Part shown: in pieces, positions 50,602 through 61,791 of the stretch | How the letters are laid out: each line of letters starts with the position of its first letter | How positions within the stretch are numbered: position 1 is the first letter of the stretch | DNA from: Cenarchaeum sp. | GTDB taxonomy: Archaea > Thermoproteota > Nitrososphaeria > Nitrososphaerales > Nitrosopumilaceae | DNA length: 64,000 nt | Assembly: GCA_963693095.2 (NCBI GenBank) | Contig: OY843768.1 | Location: 1,856,001 to 1,920,000 of the forward strand | Direction: 5' to 3' | Notes under the pieces: model-generated | What the model saw: the letters and a program-made list of their open reading frames with translations, nothing else | Databases searched by the model: none | Told to the model about the DNA's origin: nothing | Position numbers and translations under genes: made by a program

Positions 50602-53600
50602 TCAAGCCGCGATCTGCTCTAGGTCTCTGTCCCGGGCCCGATTTCTGCCCGGCCTGGTTCCTGATGATGCCCCGGTATATTCAAGATATTCTAGCTCGGC
50701 GGCACTCATTCGGGTATACAGTGAATCCTCGATGCGATCAAGATCTTTTAGCGCCCTTGTCCTTGCCTTTTGAACCATTTCGTCCTTGGCATCCGGCCCT
50801 GCTGCGAGGTCAAACTCCTTGCGCGACTCCTCGCCGTGACCAAGCCTGTGCAGCGCAACTCCCCTGTTTTTGTGCATGGTGGGCTCTTTGGGATCAAGCG
50901 CAACTGCGCGATCAAGCGCCTTGAGCGCATCCTTGTGTCGCCCTAGCCTAATTTGCGCGACTCCGATATTGCTGTGAATGATGGCGTCTTTGGGATCCAG
51001 CTCTGCTGCGCGTTCAAGCGCCTCGAGGGCCTTGGCAAAGCGCCCTAGGTGGATTAGCGCGACCCCCCTTCCAAGGTGCGTGACGGCCACATTTGGCTCT
51101 ATGCCAATGGAGCGCTCAAACGCCTCTAGTGCCTCGCTGTGGCGACCAAGCACATGCAGAGAATGCCCCCTGGTGCGGTGCACGATTGCGCTATTGAGAT
51201 CCAGCGCCACTGCCCTGTCAAATGACGACACCGCCTCCTTGGGACGCCCGAGCGAGTCTAGGGCATACCCCTTGAGAAGGTGCGCCTTGCCGTCCTTGGG
51301 GTCAATCTCCATGGCTCGCTCGAGTGCCTCAATGGCCTCCTCGTGCCGTCCAAGCCTGTGGAGAGAGTAGCCAATTCCACCATGGGCCTTTGCGCTCTTT
51401 GGATCAAGCTTTGCTGCATGCCTGAACTCCTCTAGCGCCTCCCTGTGGCGGCCTAGCACGCAAAGGCTGGCTCCACTGTTGTTGTGAGTAAACGGGCTGC
51501 CGGGATACAGCTTTGCTGCATGCCTGAACTCCTCTAGCGCCTCCTTGTGGCGACCCAGTCCCTGCAGGGCCGTGCCAACGTTGAATCTAACTGTGTGGCT
51601 GTACGGCATTCGATCTGCTGCGCGCCTGAACTCCTCTAGCGCCTCCTTGTGGCGACCCAGCTCGGCGAGCGTCAGGCCACGATCATTGCGCGCGTGGGGA
51701 TTATCGGAATTTCGTGCCAGGTCACGCTTAATGTGTGCCAGGACCTCCCTGTGGCGGCCCAGCTTGCGCAGTATGGCGTTGCGGGCTTCGTACTTTCTAT
51801 AGTCTCTGGGATCCAGCTTGATTGCCAGCCCTAGCGCTACGAGTGCGTCCCCGTGACGACCGAGCTTTTGGAGGATCATGCTCTTGCTAAATGGGATCAT
51901 TGCGTTCTTTGAGTCTATCTTGGCTGCAAGCTCTAGCGCTACGAGTGCGTCCCCGTGACGACCGAGATTTTGGAGGATCATGCTCTTGCTAAATGGGATC
52001 ATTGCGTTGCTTGAGTCTATCTTGGCTGCCAGCTCTAGCGATTCTAGCGCCTCCTCGTCTCGTTCAAGAATGGACAATACATGTCCACGGTTGAAATACG
52101 CGTGAACATTTTTGTCGTCTAACCTTATCGTGATGTCTAGCTCTTTCAGGGCTTCGTTGCGGCGCTCAAGATTCATCAAGACAATGCTCTTGCCAAAGTG
52201 TGTTGCCGCATTATCGGACTCTAGCTTGATCGCGTGATCAAACTCTTTTATTGCGTCCTCATACCTGCCGAGCATGGCAAGCGCGCCGGCCTTTTTCCTG
52301 TATGCGTCATGGCTTGGCTCCAGCAAAATCTCGCGATCTATACTGACGAGCAAAAGTTCGTGCCATGATCAAACTTTCCCGACCCGCATGCTATATGGAT
52401 CGCCCCTCCCCACGCCCTGCATGGAAGGCCAAGAGCTGGAAGCGTTCCGCAGGGCACTCCGCGACGAGAGGGACGGCGACGTCAGGTACAGGTTTGCCGC
52501 GGTCAACATGCACGAGAACCTGGGGATGACGCGCGAGGAGGTCGCACTTGCGCTCGTGCAGTGCCCCAGGTGGGTCGGCAAGTGGGTCGCGCGCTACCGG
52601 AGTGGCGGTGTCGAGGCCCTGCGGGACCGCCCCCGCCCCGGCAGGCCGCCGCTGGTCGCGCGGCAGAAGCTTGGCCGCCTGATTGGCCGAATGCCCGGGC
52701 GCGTCACGCCCGCAGAGGTCATGCTGGAGATCGAGCGGGCCACCGGCGTGAGGTTCCACATGTCGCACGTCAGGAAAATAATGCGCAGGGCCGGCCTCTC
52801 CGCCAAGCGGACGCGCCTGGTGCACGTGAACAGGGCCGACGGGCCGACTGTCGCCGGCTGGCGGCGCCGGGTGCGGCGCGAGATAAGGCGCCTCAGGCGC
52901 GCGGGATTCACCATCGTAGTGCAGGACGAGACCATCGCCGTGCACGGCGCAGCCGACGGATCAAAGTACTGGTCGCGCGTGGGCGTCCCCGTCGTCGCCC
53001 CGTACACCGGGGGACACAGGAGGGTCGTGGTGTACGGCGCGATCTCCACTGACGGGAAGCAGATCTTCCGGGTGCACGACAGGTTCGACGCGGGGACGTT
53101 TGTCGCGTTCCTGCGCGACATGCGCAGGAAGTTCGGCAGGGTCGCCGTGATCGTCGACAGGGCGCCGCAGCACAGGGCCGCGGCGGTGAAGGACTATCTT
53201 CGCGCCCACAGGGCGGTGAGGCTGATCGAGCTGCCCACCGGCTCGCCGTACCTCAACGCGATCGAGGAGGTGTGGCGGCAGGCAAAGCGGGCGCTGCTGG
53301 TCTCCGAGCACTACCCCACCATGGTGGATATGCGGACGGCGGTGTCACGGCACTTCAGGCACACGAGGTACCGGCTCGACGTGATGGCATACCTGGGCCG
53401 GACGTCGCTGGAATGCGGCACGGACTTTTGATCGGCAGTATAGCTCCCTGATGGCCGCAGAATTATGGTGAAGTTCTAGGAGACACTGTGCCCTCATTCT
53501 ATGGACTGTCGCGTCAGTTGGGGCAAGCGCGGCTGCCTTTCCAAGCGCGTCGGCCGCCTCGTTGAATCTTTCTAGATCGTACAGTGTCCGGCCCCTGTCA

Positions 53601-54049
53601 AAGTGTGCAGACGAGTCAGTGTCACCAAGGGAGATTGCGCGGTTGATTGCGTCAAGCGCCTCGGCGTGCCGTTCTAGGTGGCGCATCACCATGGACAGCA
53701 CCCTGTGGGATCCGGCGCTGTCTGGATCTAGTTTTAAAGCGCGCCTTGAGGACTCTAGGGCGTCATCATGGCGCCCTAGCTCACACTGGATGGCGCCAAT
53801 GTTGTTTAGGGACGCAATGTCTCCGGGATCAAGCTCAAAGGCGCGCTTGAACTCCTTCAGGGCGTCTGCCTTTCTTCCCTGCCTGTACAGCTCGCCTGCC
53901 CTGGTTGCGTGTTGCGCGGGTTTTGTTGGTTTTTGGTCGATCGTGCGCTCACAGTCATCTGCGGCCTTGTGGATCGCTTTGGCATCGCCGTCCTTTCCCT
54001 CACCGTGTCTGCGCCCTGCCGCCCTTTCCACGTGGCGGTTTACAGACAT
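50602..54049 (-). pseudogene. long TPR gene interrupted by IS630 copy 4
   Basis: Removing the IS and one TA restores the frame: ATC AGG GAG CTA GAT CGC GAG = IRELDRE. Confidence 0.92.
52341..53440 (+). mobile_element. IS630-family element, copy 4 (transposase 52388..53431)
   Basis: Same TIRs; TA duplication within CTAG; intact DDE. Confidence 0.97.
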
Positions 54050-54328
54050 TTTCCTATAATAATGGTACGGGCATGTTTTCGCTATTTGTGGAGATTCCAT
54101 ACCATCTAGACCAGCTTTGTCTAAACTCCCGGCGCATCGACGAGCTGTGGGAGATGACAGGCTATACGCGTGCCACTGCGAACCCAAGGCGGCGTCTTGA
54201 CTGATCTTTGCAGGGGCACAACTTGACGCGTCCAAAACCTGATCTGTGCCTGTGGGGTCTGTGTGCCATGTTTGGTCTGACCCTTGAGGTTTGATCTATG
54301 GATTTCCGCCTCGCCTGCTCTGTCACGC

Positions 54329-55663
54329 TCACCCATACGGCGTCTCCAGCGCCTTTATGACGAGCTCCATCGTGGGCGGATGGACCGGTGACGCGCTTGT
54401 CGGACTCTTTACCAGGGCGCACCTGTAATGACGACCCATGTCCCTTGCGATGAGCACGCCGCCTAGCCTCTCATTTGAGCCAATCCTTGCGCTCAGCTCG
54501 CCCAAAAAGTCGACGTCATCGACATAGTTGCGCGGGTCCTCGATTATGAGCAGCGACTGGCGCGAGCCAAAATACCCTATCTGGCTCTTGGAGAGGACCT
54601 TGCGCAACAGCCTCCTGCGCGAGTTTGTGTGGACCATCTGCCCAAACTCCATGGCCGCCACATCGCGCGACGTGTATGCCTCGATATAGCATCCGCGAAC
54701 CCGAAAGTCGGCCCTCTTGCCGGCCTCCATGGCCGGCCCCAGCTCTATCTCCGGGGTCTGGGCCGCAAGATGGACATAGAGGCGCATCTCTAGGGCAGAC
54801 TGGAGGAACTTTCTTTCGCACAGGCCGTCTCTCCAGGAGGAGAGGTCTTTTTTTGCGTGAACTGTCATGCTCCCTGATTCAATGATATTGACCATCGACT
54901 CTAGGGTGTCTAGCGTGTCTACCTGGGCGTTTTTCTTCTGTTGGGATGACATTGCCGCCGATGCGCAATAGACGATATCTGCCCTCCTTTTTAGCAGGTT
55001 TATGATCTTTTTTGGGGATAGCCCCAGAAATTTATACAGGTGTGGATAGTGGGATTTCAGCCATGGCTCTAGTGTTATGGCGGGCTCTAGGTATCTCTTT
55101 GCGTAAATGTCGCGCGAAATGTCCAGTGCCCTCTGAAACTCGTCGGCCTTGCCCTTGCGCGTGTCAATCTCGATATCGAGTGAACTGGCCCTTTTTTCGA
55201 GGAGGTCTAGGAACTTTGGCGCCAGGCTCCTGTGAGCCCCTGGGTCCTGGCCGGTGATGATTCTGCTGATTGTGCAGTTGATGATATATTCCACGAGAAC
55301 GCTCTTTACTGCTTGCTGCCCTTCTTTCTTGTCAAGGTCTAGCAGGTCACCGCACACCTCGTACATTTCGTCATATCTCTTGCGCTGCATGTATACCCTG
55401 TCGAGTATGGCCATGGCGAGGCTATAGTTTACATGGCGTGTCCTGATCATGCCGATAATGCCTGCCCTGAGTGCCCGCGTTGGGCGGTTTTTTTGGCCGA
55501 TCTGGAGGTTTAGCGTGTCCAGGCCATGCCATGCCGCTGCCAGGCCGTCATTGCCGTTTGCCGCCCTGTCGCATATGAGCTGCAGCTCCTCAAGAATGAC
55601 CCTGTCGTGGGATGTCAAGGCCTTTGGGTTCATCGGTGTTCCGGGACTGGCCTTTGGCTCCAT
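54329..55663 (-). CDS. hypothetical protein, helical N-terminus plus C-terminal PD-(D/E)XK-like domain
   Basis: 'SALEMRLY..L......GKRADFRV....IEAYT'. Confidence 0.6.
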   Translation of the reverse strand: MEPKASPGTPMNPKALTSHDRVILEELQLICDRAANGNDGLAAAWHGLDTLNLQIGQKNRPTRALRAGIIGMIRTRHVNYSLAMAILDRVYMQRKRYDEMYEVCGDLLDLDKKEGQQAVKSVLVEYIINCTISRIITGQDPGAHRSLAPKFLDLLEKRASSLDIEIDTRKGKADEFQRALDISRDIYAKRYLEPAITLEPWLKSHYPHLYKFLGLSPKKIINLLKRRADIVYCASAAMSSQQKKNAQVDTLDTLESMVNIIESGSMTVHAKKDLSSWRDGLCERKFLQSALEMRLYVHLAAQTPEIELGPAMEAGKRADFRVRGCYIEAYTSRDVAAMEFGQMVHTNSRRRLLRKVLSKSQIGYFGSRQSLLIIEDPRNYVDDVDFLGELSARIGSNERLGGVLIARDMGRHYRCALVKSPTSASPVHPPTMELVIKALETPYG

Positions 55664-55956
55664 GTGCCATGGTGGTTATGGGGGCGTATATTGAACGTTG
55701 CAGCGTGAGTGTGGCCGTCAGGCGTGTGGGGCCTGCGACTGGCCTGAGGGGCAGTTCGCCGTGCCATTGTCCTATGGCCTGCGTGACCCTGTGGTGTCAT
55801 TTGCCATGGATCATGGTGTCTCAGATGCAAAAATACAGCATTTTTTTGCAAATACAGGCAACGAGCCCAGCTCTGTGGGTCACGCGTGATGCCTAGACTA
55901 TTATCCCTAATCACAATTATGAACCATGTCTCAAAAAACGTCAAAACATCATATTT

Positions 55957-56436
55957 CTAACAAACTTTGACCTGATTGAATGATATACCTGCCCTCCCCC
56001 GATCAATTTCTTGCTGAAGCATATCATCATAGTCCATCTTGGCCATGTACAGCTCGGAACCTCGCGTGTATTGAAATGCGTCAGTCGAGTCATTCCTGTC
56101 TTTGGGATCCCACAAGGCCTTGAAATTCTCAAAGTGTAGATTGGGCGGCAGATGATCCGGCGGTTGTTCTGTCTTTTGCTGCGCAAACTCGAGTTTTACA
56201 TCCAGCACGTCAAGCTCCCACTCGTTATTGGGATCAGGGTGCGCTGTTCCATATTTTGCTCGTAGCTCATCCTCGCGCTCCCATTCCCTGTCAACTGCGT
56301 CACGAACCCTTGCAGGCAGCGAATCATACTTGAAGACGCCAAACTTCATGCAGCCGATAATCTCGTTTACAGTCAGTGTGGGGTTGCCGCACTCACTGGC
56401 AAAAGTATTCTCAAACACTTCCTCCCCGTGCTCCAT
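55957..56436 (-). CDS. uncharacterised 'FENTFA' family protein (subtype B)
   Basis: N-terminal ~100 aa closely match 46421..46924. Confidence 0.8.
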   Translation of the reverse strand: MEHGEEVFENTFASECGNPTLTVNEIIGCMKFGVFKYDSLPARVRDAVDREWEREDELRAKYGTAHPDPNNEWELDVLDVKLEFAQQKTEQPPDHLPPNLHFENFKALWDPKDRNDSTDAFQYTRGSELYMAKMDYDDMLQQEIDRGRAGISFNQVKVC

Positions 56437-56623
56437 GGCATCACTCTGTGCATCTGGCTAATAAGCCTTGAGCACACGCCACACTTGCATATATGCGCAG
56501 ACGGGCGCCTGCTGTGCACGACCACATGCCGACTGACTCCCCCATGTCAGCTCCATGGCCTATACGGAGACGGAATTTTGCCATGGCGCGCAATTGTTAT
56601 GAGGTGAGGCCTGCGCACGCCCC

Positions 56624-56827
56624 ATGGTGAAAGAGGTGGGACACTTTGAGAACAGTCCCGAATCGGGCAAGGGAGGTGGGGAGTCGACTAGAACCATGGA
56701 CGAGATCGATCATGAAATTGAACCAAACCCCGCAACCCCCGCGTCACATGGGGAAAAGGCGCGCAAGCCATACGATATGAAAAAAAATAAAGCCGCGTTG
56801 GAAGAATTTAAACTGGCATTCAGGCTA
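56624..56827 (+). pseudogene. 5' fragment of a TPR gene truncated at the deleted IS630
   Basis: 'PASHGEKA..YD.KK..AALEEFKLAFRL' matches the first repeat of the 54049 TPR family; ends at the IS TIR. Confidence 0.7.
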
Positions 56828-57188
56828 TACTGCCGATCAAAAGTCCGTGCCGCCTTTCAGCGACGTCCGGTCCAGGCAGGACATCACGCCGGGCCGGCTC
56901 GGTCCCGCAGGGCCTCGACGCCGCCACTCTGGTAGCGCGCGACCCACTTGCCGACCCACTCTGGGCACTGCATGAGCGCAAGGGCGACCTCCTCGCGCGT
57001 CATCCCCAGGTTCTCGTGCATGTTGACGGCGGCAAACCTGTGCTTGACGTAGCCGTCCCTCTCGTCGCGGCGTGCCCTGCGGAACGCTTCGAGCTCTTGG
57101 CCTTCCATGCGCGGCGTTGGGAGGGGCGACCCATATAGCATGCGGGTCGGGAAAGTTTGATCATGGCACGAACCTTTGCCCGTCAGTA
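56828..57188 (-). mobile_element. internally deleted IS630 derivative (361 bp, MITE-like)
   Basis: Both TIRs and flanking TA present; only the 5' ~80 codons and the extreme 3' end of the transposase remain. Confidence 0.92.
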
Positions 57189-57524
57189 TAGATTACCCCA
57201 ATTTGGGACAGAGCCTCCCCACAATGTCCCCAAATCCTGTTCGTGTGATGGATTGCCCAATGGGCAGAGACGACATTTGTGACATTGTCGACGCGCCGGC
57301 CCATGTCTCGACTGTCGTGCCTGGAGCCCAAGGTGGCACGCTACTGCCTCGCAGGCGTGTCAACAACTGATGTCACCTGCACGCCGGCCCCCGTTGCACC
57401 GAGTGCCGGATCTAGACGATAGGCCGCAATTGTTGGCCATATTGGACACTGTCAGCAGGCTTGCCTGACGGCAATGCCGCCTCACCGGCCCTGGACTATT
57501 GCGCAGGTTATGGCCAGGGGCCTG

Positions 57525-59411
57525 CTAGCCCGCTTTGGCCACCGGTGGCGCCTGCGGCCGAAACCGGGGCATTGGAACATGCGCGCCGGGCTCGAGCTTT
57601 ACGGCGCGCCGATACGCGTCTATTGCCTCGTTATGGCGATCCATTCCATCCAGTGCGTGCCCGCGGCCAAGGTGCAAGTTATAGTCTTTGGGCGTGATTT
57701 TCACTGCGCGATCAAATGCGCCAAGCGCCTCGTTGTGGCGGCCAAGCCGGTATAGCGCCACGCCGTGGTTCTTGTGAGTCGCCGCGCTGCCTGGCGCTGC
57801 CTTGATGGCTTGCTCACACGCGGCCAGTGCCTCCTCATTTCGGTCAAGGTGGAGCAGTGCGGCGGCCCTGTTCTTGTGCAGGACGGCCCCGTCATCTCCG
57901 AGCGCGGCAGCCTTTGCAAACGCGTCGATGGCCTCCTCACACATACCAAGATGAATCAGTGCGGTCCCGCGACCCACATGGGCCTCGGCGCTTTTGGGAT
58001 CAAGGGAGACTGCGCGCTCAAAATGCCCGAGTGATGCCTCGGCATGATCTGGTGAGCACGTGGTGCGACCCCTGTTGATGTGGTATGTGATCCTTTTGGT
58101 GTCGCCTCTGGATGCAGATTTCTGCGCGGCGTCTAGTCTCTGCAGGATGATTTTCCTGACAGCTTTGACGCCGGGATCATTGGGTTCTAGCTCTATTGCG
58201 CGATCAAGTGACACGAGTGCGTCAATATCGTGCTCTGCCGTGCACAGGGCATAGGCGCGGCTGCGGTGGGCCTCGGCGTTGTTGGGCTCTAGGGCGATGG
58301 CCACGTCAATGGCCGCAATCGCCTCATCGGGGCGCCCAAGAAGATCCAGCGCATAGCCGAGGCCAATCTGGGCATCGACGTCTGTGGGTGACAGCTCGAC
58401 TGCGCGCTTGAAGGAGCCTAGTGCCTCCCCATGGAGATGGTGCTGAATCAACGCGTGGCCATGACTGACATGCAGGCCGGCATCTGTGGGTGATATGTCG
58501 ACTGCGCGCTTGAAGGAGTCTACTGCCTCAGTATGGCGCCCCACTGCGGTTAATATGGTTCCCCTCCCGACATGGGCGGACGCCATGTGCGGATCCAGCA
58601 CGATCGCCATGTCGACGGACACTAGCGCCTCATCATGGCGATTCATGGAATGCAGGATATATGCGCGCCCATTATGCGCATCTACACTTTTGGAGTCTAG
58701 TGCGATCGCGCGATCCATGCGCTCCAGGGCCTCTGTTCTGCGATTCAGCTTGATTAGAACACGGCCCATGCAGATGTGGCCGACAGGGTTGTTTGGATCC
58801 AAGTCGATCGCCTTGCCTAGCGCATCTAGTGCCTCTTTACGGTGACCATTCGCCGCTAGCACGTTGCCGCGAATCAAGTGGGCTGCGGCCAGCTTGGGAT
58901 CTAGCGCTATTGCGCGATCCAACGAGGCTAGCGCCTCACTGTCCGAGCCAATGTGTGCTCGATAGACGCCCATGTCAAAATGCGTTCTTGCATTATTTGG
59001 CTCTAGTGCGATCGCGCGATCAAGGGCCTTGAGCGCCTCTATATGGCATCCGAGGCCGTCCATCACCACGAACCGTATCTTGTGCGACCTGGGACGCGTC
59101 GGATCCAGATCCACTGCGCGCCCTGATGACACCATGGCATCATCATACTTGCCAAGCTCACACTCGATGACGCTCATGTTGTTTAGCGCCTCAATGTCAG
59201 TCGCATCCAGCTCGACTGCACGCCTCAGCTCCTCGAGCGCCTCTGCCTTCCTGTCCTGCCTGTACAGCTCGTCGGCCTTGATTCTATGTGACGTCGAATC
59301 TCCAGTGTCCTGCCTGCTTGCTGGCCTGGCGTTGAGCGTGACATTTAATGCCTCCCCATCACGTCCTTGCCCTCCCTGGCCGCTCCCTGATCTCCCTGCC
59401 TGCCGTGCCAT
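57525..59411 (-). CDS. TPR repeat protein (paralog of 35134..36513 with extra repeats)
   Basis: TPR periodicity; shared 'DATDIE.LNNMSVIECEL' N-terminal repeat. Confidence 0.92.
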   Translation of the reverse strand: MARQAGRSGSGQGGQGRDGEALNVTLNARPASRQDTGDSTSHRIKADELYRQDRKAEALEELRRAVELDATDIEALNNMSVIECELGKYDDAMVSSGRAVDLDPTRPRSHKIRFVVMDGLGCHIEALKALDRAIALEPNNARTHFDMGVYRAHIGSDSEALASLDRAIALDPKLAAAHLIRGNVLAANGHRKEALDALGKAIDLDPNNPVGHICMGRVLIKLNRRTEALERMDRAIALDSKSVDAHNGRAYILHSMNRHDEALVSVDMAIVLDPHMASAHVGRGTILTAVGRHTEAVDSFKRAVDISPTDAGLHVSHGHALIQHHLHGEALGSFKRAVELSPTDVDAQIGLGYALDLLGRPDEAIAAIDVAIALEPNNAEAHRSRAYALCTAEHDIDALVSLDRAIELEPNDPGVKAVRKIILQRLDAAQKSASRGDTKRITYHINRGRTTCSPDHAEASLGHFERAVSLDPKSAEAHVGRGTALIHLGMCEEAIDAFAKAAALGDDGAVLHKNRAAALLHLDRNEEALAACEQAIKAAPGSAATHKNHGVALYRLGRHNEALGAFDRAVKITPKDYNLHLGRGHALDGMDRHNEAIDAYRRAVKLEPGAHVPMPRFRPQAPPVAKAG

Positions 59412-59576
59412 GGCAGAGTTGGGCATGTCGTGCCTTATAATAATTGCGTATTGTGTTCGCAGCCGTGACGGGCCCATGGGCCCACACCCGTTGGCAATCC
59501 TGCACGCGCATCCCCGCCTCGTTCACGTGCGTGATGCGCACACATGATTTATTAACACAATACGCACAATCCTGCC

Positions 59577-60059
59577 ATGGAGCCCGGCGAGGTGGTATTT
59601 GAGAACACGTTTGCCCGGGCGTGCTCCAACCGCAAGCTTACTGTTGACGAAATTATCGAGGGCATGAAATTTGGCGCATTTCACTATGATCTGCTTCCCA
59701 TCGAGGTTCGTGACGCCGTTGACAGGGCGCTAGAGCACGAAGATGCGTTGGCAGCAGAGCGCGCAACGCGTGATCCTTACCATGATGACGTGTGGGAGCT
59801 TGACCTGCTAGATGTGGAGCTCGAGCCTGTCCATATGGCGCAGGGCCCTCCGGCAACTGACCCGCCCACAGAGACGCACACGGGCAACATTGTAAACAAG
59901 ACGCCAGTGCACCCCGGCAGAATCGCCGCCCTGTACCCTGAAAGATGGCCACTGACCCCTGCCATGTATACTGCCATGCCGCAGGCTATGCGGCAGGTCG
60001 CGTATGTGCCAACACGAAAAAAAATGCCAGGGATTGCCAAAAAAACAGTCACGATGTGA
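59577..60059 (+). CDS. uncharacterised 'FENTFA' family protein (subtype A)
   Basis: First ~80 aa nearly identical to 36651..37130; same promoter sequence. Confidence 0.8.
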   Translation: MEPGEVVFENTFARACSNRKLTVDEIIEGMKFGAFHYDLLPIEVRDAVDRALEHEDALAAERATRDPYHDDVWELDLLDVELEPVHMAQGPPATDPPTETHTGNIVNKTPVHPGRIAALYPERWPLTPAMYTAMPQAMRQVAYVPTRKKMPGIAKKTVTM

Positions 60060-60060
60060 T

Positions 60061-60383
60061 GCCTTTGGCCCGTCGGCGTTCTGGTAGTGCGACAGCGTGC
60101 GCCTCATGGTGTCGTTCTCCGCCTCCGGCTCGGCGATCCTCCCGTCCCGCGCCTCGACGGCCGCCTCCAGCACGGCAACCCCCTTCTGCATCTCCATGAT
60201 CCCCTGGTCGCGCCCCCCGGCCCGCTCCTCTGCGGCCATGAGCCTGCCGCCGGGCTCGGCCGCCACGTGGTCCAGGTTCGCGCCCCGTCGGCCCGCCATG
60301 CCCTGGCGGGCGGCGCCGCGGCAAATGGATCGGCAGGATTGCGCCTATTTGACCAAGTGGGGAGGGGGTGCTGACCTCATACC
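60061..60383 (-). mobile_element. IS66-family remnant: left end plus transposase N-terminal coiled coil
   Basis: 'RIAEPEAEND.MRR.L.HYQNA..P'; terminal GGTATGAGGTCAGCAC on the minus strand at 60383-60368. Confidence 0.7.
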
Positions 60384-60572
60384 TAGTCATTGCAGTAATG
60401 TTTAATACTGGCCTTCCGGCCGAGGGTGGCGATGGCGGAAGAGTCTGAACAAGACAGCGCATGGCAGGATAGCCAAAAGTCTATGGCTCCGCTTACCTCA
60501 AAGCCTCTTGGCACCAAAGCCTACATGGCATCTGTCCAAAATGATAAAGACGAATCTGACTGAGGTGGTATC

Positions 60573-61214
60573 TTGGATAACGACAAGTCCCCCACACCTC
60601 CGGAACCTACAAGCTCACCAGACAGTCCCACGTCTAACAATAACGAGCTTTTGGCCAACACCCTGCAACACGAGATCGACATCCACTTTTGGGCCATAGA
60701 TGACCTCAACTCCAAGTCCAAGTCTGCTCTTGCTGCCGGATCATTTGCCTTGAGCGTCATGATTGCAGGTCTAGTGGGATTTATTAACCTGCTGCACCAA
60801 AACGACCATGAATATTTCATCACACTCGTGTCGCTCTTTGGAGATTATGCTGCTCTTGCACTATGTTGTGCAATTGCCGGACTCTTGGCAATACTGGCTT
60901 CCATCACACTGTCCGTCATCTCTCTCCGGCAACGTCCGGTTTACCAAATATTAAATTCTGCTGACTTTGAGGTTAAAGCCGGAAAGACCGACCCTGCGAC
61001 ACTGAAAGAATTTTCCACCAAGCGACAAGACTGGCTCTATATGCAAATCTTTGACTCGTATATTCGTGTTCTGCGCTCTCTAGAAGAGTACAATACATAT
61101 ATAACAAAATTTGTGACTGTTGGCCAGTGGGCACTTTTGTTTGGCCTTGCTGCAGGATCCATTCCAATCCTTATTGTACTGTTTGGTTTAATTAATTCAT
61201 ACCTGTCATCTTGA
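60573..61214 (+). CDS. multi-pass membrane protein, Pycsar-effector (PycTM)-like layout
   Basis: 'DDLNSK...TM..TM-SL..R...N....TM' pattern; lower GC. Confidence 0.55.
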   Translation: MDNDKSPTPPEPTSSPDSPTSNNNELLANTLQHEIDIHFWAIDDLNSKSKSALAAGSFALSVMIAGLVGFINLLHQNDHEYFITLVSLFGDYAALALCCAIAGLLAILASITLSVISLRQRPVYQILNSADFEVKAGKTDPATLKEFSTKRQDWLYMQIFDSYIRVLRSLEEYNTYITKFVTVGQWALLFGLAAGSIPILIVLFGLINSYLSS

Positions 61215-61314
61215 GTGTCCCTATGCGGAGCCTGTATTCTCCTTGGATCATCCGGCAAGTGTGTGTTCAGCCTATTTTTTGTAGAGCAATGCAAAAACTG
61301 ACGAGATTACAAAC

Positions 61315-61791
61315 TTAGACTGGGCTTTTGGGAGCTTTTGTGTCGGGGAATTTCTGCTTGAACTTTTCAGCCTGTGTCTCATAACGCTTTGGAATAACAA
61401 AGAAATGTTGGAACAATTCGTTCAACATCTCAAGCATCCATTCGGCCTCGCCAGGCTCGACATTTACAATAAGGCCGGTGTGCAGATCACGTTCTCCATG
61501 GGCGCCACGATTCCCCGCCATTCTAATTTTGCCGACTCCCTCGTGAAGGTGAGCAGGAAGCTCTTTTGACTCTAACAGTTTTTTAATGTCGTCAGACAGC
61601 CGCTCTTTCTTGATCGAAAGACAATGGCGAATGAGCGTCTGCAGGCATCGTCGAGCCAATGCGGCACTAGCATTGGGGCTAATCGGCAACACCTCCATGG
61701 CCTCTATATAGTCTGCCATGATCTCCTCGGGCACATATTTAACAGCATGCACTGCCTTACGGTATGAGGTCAGCACCTGGACCGCACGCAT
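61315..61791 (-). CDS. DUF4145 (HEPN-like) protein, 5' end replaced by an IS66 terminus
   Basis: 'DY.EA..V...SP.ASA.LARRCLQ...IR..GN.GAH'. Confidence 0.8.
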   Translation of the reverse strand: MRAVQVLTSYRKAVHAVKYVPEEIMADYIEAMEVLPISPNASAALARRCLQTLIRHCLSIKKERLSDDIKKLLESKELPAHLHEGVGKIRMAGNRGAHGERDLHTGLIVNVEPGEAEWMLEMLNELFQHFFVIPKRYETQAEKFKQKFPDTKAPKSPV

